64,000 nt of DNA from Sphaerodactylus townsendi (Eukaryota): NCBI RefSeq assembly GCF_021028975.2, contig NC_059429.1, positions 139,314,001 through 139,378,000 of the forward strand, read 5' to 3'. A program made the position numbers and the translations under genes. Position 1 is the stretch's first letter. The number at the start of each line of letters is the position of its first letter. The notes beneath the pieces are model-generated. The model saw nothing but the letters and a program-made list of their open reading frames with translations, was not told where the DNA came from and searched no databases. This document shows, piece after piece, positions 13,401 to 25,400 of this stretch.

Positions 13401-16400
13401 CCTTTCATCTGCGATACAGATCAAAGGATTCCAAGACCATCAGATCAGGGGAGGGGCATCTACTCCCTCATTCAGAGGCTGAAACCCCGGCCGACAGTTC
13501 CAGTCCAATTAAACAAACAGAAGAAGAGGAGCTTGGATTTATATCCCCCCCTTTTCTCCTATAGGAGACTCAAAGGGGCTTATAATTTCCTTGCCCTTCC
13601 CCCCTCACAACAAACACCCTGTGAGATAGGTGGGGCTGAGAGAGCTCCGAGAAGCTGTGACTAGCCCAAGGTCACCCAGCTGGCGTGTCTGGGAGTGCAC
13701 AGGCTAATCTGAATTCCCCAGATAAGCCTTCACAACTCAAGCAACAGAGCTGGGAATCAAACTGGGTTCCTCCAGATCAGAGTGCACCTGCTCTTATACA
13801 CTACGCCACTGCTGCATAGTGGCTAAGCCAGGAACTCCACCCCTGAGCTTTTATCTACCTGACTACATTGTAGGGGGTTAATTAAATCAATTCCAGGACA
13901 GGTTGGTGGAGATGGTAAATGATCAGTGGGCCCCGGCATCATCAGGAAAGGGTGTAGGATAGAGTTTTCTTCACCGCCACCTCCCCCCCCCCATTTCAAA
14001 AGGTTCTGATACCAAAATCACCAGAAGAGGCAGCCATGCTTCAGGAAGTGGCACAAAATAGTCATTGATACCAGGGCTGTCACACTAATCCCTGCAGAAC
14101 AAAGGGGTCAGGGGGTCTACTCTCCACTTTTCCCAAGAAGTCAGGGGAGTGGAGGGTGATCCGGAATCTGAATTGGCTGAGCATGTGGGTGGCTAAGAAA
14201 CCACACTGCAGGCGATCCAGTCATGGGATTGCTTGACCCCACTGGATTTAAAAGAAGCCTATCAGCCTATTCCGATCCACGTGTCTTCCTGTTGCTGCCG
14301 ACAGTTCTTCTTGTATTGACACTGTCAATACCAAGCATTGTCCTTCAGTCCCTCATCCGTCCCCGGGGTGTTTACAAAAGTCTTGGTCACGGTGGTGGTG
14401 CATTTTTGACAGCAGGGGATCCATATCTACCCTTATCTGGATGACCTACTCATCAGAGCCTCCTCCTTGGAGGCTTTACACCAGCACACGCGAACATCCG
14501 TCCAGATACTGGAAAACCACAGACTCCTTGTGAGCAAAGACAAGAGCTGCGTAGCCCCATCGAATATCATCACCCCATCAACGGGAAAGTTTTCGTGCCC
14601 AGAGACAGTAGGAATGACGAGGGGTAGTGCGCGAAGTCTGCCAACTCACAGGGCCAGTGTTCTGTTTCTGGCAGGGTTGTTGTTGGGATTGCTCATTTCA
14701 GCCATCAGTTTGGTCCCCTGCCTGCGAGGAGGGCCTGTCGACACACGGCGCTTCCCTTTCGGAGGGATGTTGGAAATCGTCGCCATGAGATGATTCCACT
14801 CCACAGAGCCTTGAAGAAGGTCCTCAGGGGGTGGCTGAAGACAAACCACATTGTTCAGGGCACCCTGTTTGACCCTCCAGAACAGATGTTAATTACCACA
14901 GATGCCAGCAAAAGGGGCTAGAGAGCCCATTGCCAGAACCGCGTGGCTCGGTGCCCGTGGTCCCCAGTCGAGAAGAACCAAAGCATAAACTGTTTAGAAC
15001 TTTTGGCAATAAGGCTGGGCCTCTCGGCCTCTCAGGACACACTTTGGGGCCATCATATCCTGTTCTAGACAGACAATGTCACAGCCAAAGTCAACGAGAC
15101 TCGTCGTGTGGCCAGAAAGAAGCCTGGCAGGTCTCCACGTGGAACGTCTCCGAGGAGTAACGAATGGACAGCCAGACATAGGCTAGGACGAGTGGGCTCT
15201 GAATCCAGTAGTTTTCCGCAGGACAGTCAGGAGGCTCCTCCTCTCAGTGCTGCCTCTCAGCGCCTCCCACAAGAATCACCAGGCTTTTTCATGCCCATTG
15301 CCAGGATCCCCTCGCAGAAGGAGCAGACGTGCTCAGACAGGCCTGGCCCCAGGAGGTGGTGTCTGCCTTTCCCTCCCTTTCATGGTTAGGGAGGCTAACC
15401 AACAAGATCAGGCAGGAGGGGCATCAGTCATCATGGGGCTCCCTGTTAGCTGCAGAGGCTGTGGTCCTCTGACCTGGTGCCTCTGCCTGTATGGGACCCA
15501 CGGGAACCACCCAACTGCAGGAGCCTATTAATGCAGCGTCCCGTTCTCCACCCGGATCGGGTCTGGCTGCGCCTGGTGGTGTGGAGGCTGAGAGGGCAGG
15601 TGTGATGTCTCTAGGTCTGCTAGGGAGGTCGTATCAGTCATCCTCAGGACCGGACAGGACTCTGCCAGTAGAATTTACAGTGCCACGTGGCAGACTTTCA
15701 GAAGGTGGGTGTATGCTAACAAGGTAAACTCTGTCCCCGCTTTACACAAAGATATTCTATTGTTTATGTTTGAGAAGTGGAGGATGGGTCTGCTTCCAAA
15801 TACCCCCCAGGAGGCAGGTTGTTGCTTTAGGTTTTGGGAGCAAGAGATCAGCTCATTACAAAAAAGTTTCTAAGAACATTATTACGGATGGCTCGACCTG
15901 TGGTACCCAGGTTCCCATCCTGGAGTCCGGATAGGTCTCTAAAGGCCTTGTCTAAACACCCCTTTGAACCACCAGGGAAGGTGGGCGTGCGTTCCTGACT
16001 TGGAAGGGGGCGTGCCTAGTAACAGTAAACTCTGCTAGAGGAGTTTCAGCACTGGGAGCACCATCTAGGAGAAAAGAATTGCGCACTTATACCTGGGATT
16101 TGATTATTTTGAGACTGGATCCTCCTTTTGTTCTGAAGACAATTGCTAAGCCAAACAGTGGCGCTACCATCCTTTTGTCCCAGGCCAGAACATGAAAAGG
16201 AACAAGAGTGGCACCTGCTAGATGTTCATAGGGTGTTAAAATGTTACTTGGCCAGAACGGAACCATTTCTAAAAACTGATGTCTTGTTTATTCTTTGGGT
16301 GGAAAAACCAAGGGTAGAAAAAGCTTCCAGATCTTTGATAGCCAGGTGGGTCACTCTTTGCATACGACGGGCATATGAGGCCCAGGGGTGGCAGCAGCAG

Positions 16401-19400
16401 TGGCGGCAGCTTCCGCTACCAGAGCTCTGGTGGTAAAGCTCTGCTGAGCCACAGCTTAGATGTCATTCTCGGCGAATGTGCTGCATTGCAGACTAGATGG
16501 GCAGGTTTCAGTGGAACAGCCTTTGCTGGAGAACCCTGCAGCTGGTGGCATACCAGTTGCAAGTTGTTTCCCTCCCACAGCATATAACTGTCAATGAGTG
16601 GCAGAGCCCCAGTGAAGAAGAATGATGGATTGGAACCTACTGTGAAGGTGTCTTCTCTTCAGTGGGGCAAAGTCATTCACTTTTCCCCACCCTAACGTTG
16701 TATTTTTAAGGAAGATAACTTTTTTTGTAGGTGGAGCAAAAAGTCATACTCCTGGGGAGAAGGGGAAGGACAACCCCCTGGAATTTCAGGGCGATAGTTT
16801 TCGCAGCCTTGTTCAAACGGTGACCTAATCATCACTGAATGACCCCACTGAAGATATGACACCTTTTCAGGAGGGTCCAGTCCGTCAATTCAGTCCATCT
16901 CATGTTGGGTCATCCTCTTATCCCACTTCCTTCAACCTTTCCTAGCCTTGTTTTTTCCAATGACTCTTGATCTTCTCATGATGTGTGTCTGCAACCTGTG
17001 GCTCTCCAGATGTTCATGGACTACAATTCCCATCAGCCCCTGCCACCATGGCCATGTGGCCATGCTGGCAGGGGCTGATGGGAATTGTAGTCCATGAACA
17101 TCTGGAGAGCCACAGGTTGCAGACTGTCAGGGTGCTGGGAGCTGCTTGCTGTTCTGGGCTTTGGGGGGATGGGTATCATGTTGTGTGCCTCTTGTATTGT
17201 TTGCCTTTTTTCCACCGGCAGGTGCTGGTCAAGGCCAGCTCCAACGGACTCTTGCTCTTATCTAACTGTCTGCATATTTCTTCACACTGTTCACTGGGGC
17301 TGGGGGTGGACTCTGGTTGATATTACCACTGTATGCGTGGGAAAAGGCTCAATTCTGGCTTTTCCGAGCTATCCTCAGGATGAATAAACCTCTGTTCTTT
17401 ATAAGGTGTTGTTTCAATCTTTGGGGATTTCACACAGACCCCCTCTCTAGGGGCAATTCAGGCTTAATTTGATCTAGAACACACTGATGTGGGTTTTTTG
17501 GTGGTCCCCAGTCTCTGTAACACCCTCTTCCAACACCACATTTCAAAGGAATGCACTTCCCTTCAACTCTCTTCACATCCACGCGTAGTGATAGGGTACT
17601 CCCTATTACTCCCGAGGGTACTTTGGCATGAATGAACTTGGGTTTGCTTGCCAGTGAGACACCCTTCGGAATCTTTTCTAGCTCCTTCCCGTTCTCAATC
17701 TCCTTCTGGCTTCTTGGTGGCTTTTGGCTGATGATGGAGCCGAGGAAGAAAAGTCTTCAGCTGTTTGAGTTTCCTTATTTCTCCAGTAGTCGCTGCTTTG
17801 CTTTCTTGAGGTTCATCTGTAGTCCTGCTTTAGCATTTTCTCGTTTAACTTTTCAGCAGCAGCCATTTCGGGTCTTTGCCATGTTCTGTCAGTAATGCAT
17901 CATTTCCACATCTCTGATTGTTAAGGTTCCTCCACCCAGTCTTCACTCCACCTTCATCATTTAAATCTAATCCAGCTTTCCTTATGATACGTTCTGCATG
18001 CAGATTGAAGAGATGGGAAGATAAAATACATCCTTGTCTGACACCTTTGCTAATTGTAAGCCGTGCTGTTTCTCCGTGTTCTGTAGCCTCTTGTCCAGAG
18101 TACAAGTTGTACATCGAAACGATCAGATGCTGCGGCACACCCATTCTCTTTTAAACCAGCCGTAGCTCTTCATGATTCACACAGAAGCTTTGCTGTGATC
18201 TGTGAAATACAACCTGATTTCCTTCTGCACTCTGGTAGGATCTAGTAGCCAGCATTAATTTTCAGTGCGATCTCTTGTGCTCCTTTTCTGAATCCAGCTT
18301 GAACATCAGGCTTTTCTTGTTCCATATCTGGTAACAGTCTTGGTTGTAAGACTTTCAACATCCCTTTACTAGCATGAGAAATTAATGCCATGATCTGATA
18401 AAGTGCTGCAGCCTTTGATGTCTCCCTTTTTTGGGGAATTGGAATGTGGATGCATCATTTTCCAGTTTGTGGGCCATTGTTCTGTTTTCCTTATTTGTTG
18501 GCCTGTTCTTGTCAAAATTTTGAAGAACTCTGCAAATAGCTCTATTGCTGCTATCCAGAAGTGCATCTCCCTTCGTCTCCATGGCCGCAGGGGTGGGGCA
18601 GTTTTAGCAGGTCCCGTGTACACCCCACTCTGTCTCGGCTTCTGCAGGTTGGCAGTCCTAGTAGTTTCAAGGCAACGCGCCTGTTTCCTAAGGGTCCAGA
18701 GCTCCAGGCAGGGAGGGCCATGCGTAATTGCTGCCCGTTGGCCATATAATGGAAAACAATGGATGGTGCCCTCCAGCAAGTATTGTTGTGTAGAGGTGTT
18801 GAGTGGGTAAGAAACGCTGCTTAACTGAAACTAGAAACTATCAAGAGGGATACTGTGTCATACTCAGACTTTTTCTCCCCAACACTGAACTTGAAAGAAG
18901 CTGTATTCAACTGTCCTTCAGAAAAGCTTTGCCTCTGTGGATGTCTCACGTGGAACATCTCTGCTGAACTCCCGCTCACCAGCACGTTCTGTCTGTGATC
19001 TCCAGGAACAGCTGCCTGACTTCTTATCCTTGCCTTCCAATTAACTCTGTTTACTTCCTGCTCTTCCCCAAGCCTGCAACAGCAGCCGGCTGGTTCAGAT
19101 GACTCATCTCAGTGAAAGGTAGCCCCTGCCGTTCAGTCCACACATGCCATAACTCTGATGCCCCAAACCAGTGACCCCGCTGGCCTGCCGTAGCTCTGAG
19201 CCTGTGTAAGGGTCATCATGTGATCAACTTGACTGCATAAAGGTTTTGTTCTGTCTTTGATAATTGAAGCAGTTACAGAAATATAGTTTTTACCTCCATT
19301 TAATTAAGAGTTAAATTGACTTGAAAAGGATAATGAAGATGTATCTTTAGATGTGCTTCTTCAGTTATCTCTGGTTTAGTTAAGAATCAGTCTCTTATCT

Positions 19401-22400
19401 AGATAATGATACTATGTTTAAAGCTACAGAGATTTGGCATGAGATAAGGTTTTGGTTGTGTGGTTTTTATGTGATCCATTTATTTTATTAATATTTTAAG
19501 TTGCCTCGATTCCCCTAAAGCGGCTGATAAATACTTTAAATAAATGTCCAAAGAGCCCGGCTGGGGACACAAGTCTCTTCTGCCCCTGCTGCCCCCCAGC
19601 CTTGAAGAGCTGCTTTTATAAGCACTGAGCCTGGAGGTGGGGCTCAGGGGCGGGGCCATGCCCCCACCCACCCCTGGGGGCATGGCCACACTTCCCAAAG
19701 CCCCACCCCCTGGCCTCAGTGCTTATAAAAGCAGCTCTCCAAAGGCCGGGACGGCTGCCAGCTGGGTTCCCAGCTGGAGGGGGGCCAGGGCCAGAAGAGA
19801 CTGCCATCCTTGGCCAGGGGGCGGGGCTTAGGAAGGCGTCACCACGCTCCAGGGGTGTGTGGCCCTGCCCCCTGAGCCCTGCCCCTAAACCCACCCCACA
19901 ATAAATCTATACCTACGTCACTGCCTAATGGTGAGAGCTCAAAGAGCAGAATTCACAGTCTGTTCTCAGATACCATCAGAATTAAGGATCGCAAGCAGCT
20001 TTATGAGATGGAGTCTTAGAATTAATTGGTCCTATTTCTTTTTCTGGTTGCAAGGGCACTTTATCCCGAGCACCAGGAGCTAGAAACAAACTTCAGAAAC
20101 AAGGAAACTCCCAAAGAGCAGAACCACCAACCATCCCAAACAGAAACGGCCTCCCTTTGTCTCTTGCGTCTGTTTCACTTGCGACTCCCCTGCATGTCTT
20201 ATCATCATTGTCACACTTTATGTTTTTAGTTTTACATCCAAGCAGTTTACCTGTCCAGGGGGAATGTAATGCGTGAATCACCCCTAAGTCATTGCTGTTG
20301 CAAAAAGATGGCCAGTGGTGAGAAGGAATCCTCATAAACCTAGCATGTAATGGGCAGCAGCATAATGCTTCTTGTGCATGATCTGTCTAAACACGCAGCA
20401 GAATACAACGGTGGAGGCCTGAAATGGCAATATGGAGGTCTGTGAACAGTTGAACGAATAGCGAGGATGGAATGTCTAGCTGGGCTGCTTGTCCATTATA
20501 TCTCACAGCAGGGGGAGGTCCGTCTCAAGTGCTTACTCGCTTTGCAAGGGTTGTACCGCAACCAGGAGATGGCTTCTCGCATGGAACTCTTCACGAGCCG
20601 TTTCAAGGTAAGATGCCCATCCCTCTGGGACCTCCTCCATGCCTAGCAGATGTTGTACCACTGAGCCGAGGCCCCATCTCCAGGGCAGAATGGCCAGCCT
20701 CTGTGGAATAGTCGCCGTCGTTTGAATCTCCCTCCACGTTTCACAGAGAAGTTAAAGATGTTAAATGGCGTGAGGTGTGAGGTGAAATTGTGACCCAGTC
20801 CTTCAGCATCCCAAGTTCTGGTGAGCCCTGCCGCTGCCCACGCTGCCACGCACAAACTTCCTCTGGCTTCCTCTTGGGTACCAGAGCGTTGGGTGACCCA
20901 CCTTCCTCTAAGAAAGCGTGAGAGATTCTGTGTTGATTAAAGAGAAGGGCAGTTTGTTTGTTTGTTTGTTTGTTTGTTTGTTTGTTTGTTTGTTTATTAT
21001 TTCAATTTCTATACCACCTGATCCCCGAAGGGCTCCGGGCGGCGGACAACATAATATAAAACATAAAACATTAAACAGGAGCGAATCCAGTACACAATAC
21101 ATGGGCTCCATCAATAGAACGTCTTAAAATACTTAAAACCAGCGGTTAATAATTATTTATTTATTTTTATTTATTTTTTAAACTTTTATACCGCCCCATC
21201 CCCGGAGGGCTCTGGGCGGTGTAAGGCAGAGGGAAAACAATATAAGTAGTTAAAACATTTAAAAGCAGCGACAACCATAAAAAAAACGTTCCTAATAAAT
21301 ATAATAAATTACAGTAAAATAGATGGCGTTCAATAGTCCACTATTGTAATTCCCTCCCCTCCCCCAAAAGGGGGGGAAAGGCGTCCAGTATTCTAATCTA
21401 AAAATTCCCTCCCCCCTCCAAAAGGGAGGAATGGTGAGTCTGAGATGACAGATGGCCCAGATGTCAGGGCCGGGCCGAGGGCGGGGGCACCAACCCTTAG
21501 CATTTAAACAAAGGCGTCCAGCCTCAATTTCAACCCACCCCAAAAGAGGGAGGGGACGGCAGGCCCCTCAATATGAGGGGCTCTGATGTACCAGTGCCAG
21601 GGCAAGGAGCAAAGAGGGGGCACCGTATCAGCGGCTGGGCTCTCCAAAGGCCCGGTGGAACAACACAGTCTTACAGGCCCTGCGGAACTCGCCAAGGTCC
21701 CGCAGGGCCCGGACAGCTTCGTGTTCCACCAGGCCGGGGCCAGTGCTGTAAAAGTCCTGGCCCGTGTGGAGGCCAGCTGCATCATTGAGGGGCCGGGGAC
21801 CACCAGCAAATTGGCCTCTGCTGACCGCAGAGGCTGAGTAGGGACATATGGGGTAATGCAGTCCCGAAGGTACGACGGTCCCAGGCCACGTAATGCCTTA
21901 AAGGTCAAAACCCACACCTTGAAGACGATTCGGAATTCAACCGGGAGCCATTGCAGCTGGCGCAGCACAGGTTGAATGTGCTCTCTAAAGGCTCCTCCTG
22001 TGAGCAAGCGTGCCACTGCATTTTGGACCAGTTTTAATTTCCGAATCAACCACAAGGGAAGGCCCGCGTAGAGCGAGTTACAATAGTCCAGCCTGGAGGT
22101 GACCGTTGCATGGATCACAATGGCCAGGTCTGTTTGGGAGAGGAAGGGGGCCAACCGCTGGGCCTGACGAAGGTGGAAAAACGCAGTCCGGGTTGTAAAG
22201 GCCACCTGGGTCTCCACTGAAAGAGAAGAATCCAGGTGGACCCCCAGGCTGCGAACAGAGGAGGCCGGCGCCAATGAGACCCCCTCCCACACCGGCGGCT
22301 GGAAGTCCCCAACCTTTCCCTCACGGCCAAGCCAGAGGATCTCCGTCTTCGATGGATTCAGTTGCAATCTGCTCTGCTGTAACCAACCAGCTACCGCCTC

Positions 22401-25400
22401 CAAACAATGCTGGAGACCCGCAGGGGCAGTTCTGAGTAGGGCAGGTCTCTTCGGAGTTCAGCATTCCTGTGCTCCGGCAGCTGCTTCTGGGCTCCCTGCT
22501 TTCATTCTCTGAGGCTGTTCCAAAGCAGGGTGGGTGGGGGTGGGGAGGATTAATATCACTCTTCTGGTGCAGAGCTTGGGTCTCCCTGGGCACGCGGCCT
22601 TGTCTGTTGCCTGTCCTCTCTTACGGGCTCTGCTCCGACGCAGAATCCCACGGGGGAACCTGGGGCTAAAGTAGTTCGGGTCAGCTCCTCTGGTGGACCG
22701 CTGTTTTCCCTCTCAGCTCTTTTGGCAGCGGCAGCAGCATTTTCTCCTGAGATGATGAGAGCTACCTGAAGTTTACTCGTTTTTCTCTTTCTGCTGCTCT
22801 TTGGTTGGCCTTTCAAAGTGCTTATGCTGTGGAGGAAAACAGCCTCCCAGAGATGGCGGCTTTCGCTGCATCATCCCTGTTGAGTGAAATGATGGAAGGA
22901 CCCCCAGGGCAACTGATGCTAGAAGCTTGAATGGCACGGGGTGTAACTCTGACTCTTCTGCATGTCTTCTGTTCAAGATGGCTAATTCGGTATGTGTGGC
23001 TGCTTGTCAGTAATTTGTATGGGGAATATGCTTTCTTCTCTGCTGGGTCATCTTCAGCACGTGCATCTGGGAACGTGGCTGACTTGCCCAAATGTGAGAG
23101 AGGCAGAGCACAGCAAGCTTGTCCTTTTAAGGCAGTTGAGTCTGCCACCACCTTTGACCTCCACAGACCAGCACAGTCTACCCTCGATGGTGAATGGTTG
23201 CTCAGCAGCAGAATGAACAGTGCGTTAGGACCATGTGCTTAAGTGCTCAGATCTACAACTCTGCCTGGTCTAGATTAGAGAGAAAATGACTCTGTTTCCC
23301 CCTTCCATTTTCCCTAAGGAACAGTCATAGAATCGTCGAAGGCTTTCACAGCCGGATTCAACTGGGTGAATGCAATCTGGGCAAGCAGAACTTCTTCCTT
23401 GTCTAGCACTATCTTTGCTAGTTCCTCGGATTCGCCTCCTAAGAAGCTTGGTTCAGGTGCAGGAATTTTCCTCACCTCCTCTTGGGTGAAGACAGATGCA
23501 AAGAATTCATTCAGCTTCTCTGCAATCTCCCTGTCATCTTTTAGCACACCTTTTGTTCCTTTGTCATCTGACGGGCCTACCGCTTCCCTCGCTGGCTTCC
23601 TACTTTTGATGTACTTGAAGAACTGTTTGTTGCTGGTCTTGATGTTCGCAGCCATGCGTTCCTCATAATCCTTTTTTGCCTCCCTTACAGCTAAGTCGCT
23701 TCTCTTTTGCCACCATTTGTGTTCCCCCTCATATTCTTCATCAGTCAAACTGGACTTCCATTTTCCAAAAGACATTTTCTTTTTTCTGATAATTTCCTAA
23801 GCTTCTCTTGTTAACCATGGTGGCTTTCTTTTTGACTGGGCCTTTCCTTTCCTAACCTGTGGAACACATTCCAGCTGAGCTTTTATAACTGTTTTTAAAT
23901 AACCTCCAAGCATCTTGGATAATTTTGACTCTGTTGATTTTCCCTTTCAGCTTCCTGCGCACTATCCCCCTCATCTTTGAGAAATTTCCCTTTCTGAAGG
24001 CAAATGTAACTACATTAGTAGTTGTCACTTGTTCACATGCAGAGATACTGAATCTGACAGCATTGTGGTCGCTGTTCCCTATTGGCTCAACAACACTGAC
24101 TTCCTGCACCAGTTCCTGGGTCCCACATAGAATTAGATCGAGCATCTCCTCTCCCCTGGTTGGTTCCACAACCATCTACTCTAAGCCACAGTCATTTAGC
24201 ATATCCAGGAATGCTCTCTCCTTACTATGACCTGAACATGCATTTTTCCAGTTTATGTGGGGATAGTTAAAATCACCCATTACCACGACATTTTTGCTTT
24301 TGTTGGCCTCTCTAATTTCTTTTTCCACTTTGGTCAGGGGGACGATAATATATTCCTAATATTAAACTGTCCTTCACACCTGGTATTGATATCCACAGTG
24401 ATTCTGTAGGGGAATCAGCTCCCCCAGATATACGATGTGACACCTGGCTTTACAACAGGATACGTGAAAGGTATCTGGGAATCTTAGTAGATGACAAACT
24501 GAACATGAGTCAACAGTGTAATATGGCAGCCAAGAAAGCCAATGCAATTCTGGGATGCATCAATAAGAGTGCAGTGTCTGGACTGAGGGAATTGTACCAC
24601 TCTGCATTGATCAGAACTCACCTAGAGCAGTCCTGTGTTCAGTTCTGGGCAATACCCTCCCAATCTTAAGGAAGGAAGAACTGCTCATAACAATAATAGT
24701 CAGCAAGAGACTCAGTCTAAGTAAGGTGCACCTGCTCACCCCATTCACGGAGGTCTTCTGCTTCTCCAGATTTCCCAGTGCAAAGGATCCTCCCTCTGAG
24801 ATAAGCAGAAGTCCTGGATTCAAGTATATTGGATTGGGATTCTTAGGAAAAATTGGAAAGGGGAGAGCCAGGTACGCCTCACTGAACTCCTTCACTGGAG
24901 TGCAGCATCCAAATGGGCCAGGTGAATAGGCTGAGCATCCAGGCATTCCCTGGCTCTGGGTCCCTGCACTGCGCAGCAAAGGACTAGCGGGCCTGGGGGT
25001 CCCTCCCAGCTCCATTTCAGCTGAAGTTATTTCAAGATTTCAGTGTTACTTTTTTATGACTGTCTGTTCTCGTTTTAATGAGCTTTATGACCTCTTGTCC
25101 CTTTTGTTTACTGCTATATTTATTATTATGGAACCAGGTATAAATATTTCAGATCAGTCTGCTAGTCTCCTGTGTTTCTTAACTGGAGGGTGGCAGAGAC
25201 GCAGAGGAGAGGGCTGGGGATAGCCTTTCTTTTGCACCCTCCTCCTTGCCTCATTCCCCAGGAGCGGATGGTGTCCATGGCTCTGGACCGAGACCCCCAG
25301 GTTGCTGTGGAAACGGTCAGACTCCTGACGCTCATCCTCCAGTGAGTAGCATTCAGGTCATGGGACGGCGCGGCCGTGGCTGCAGCTGCCCTGCTTGTGT

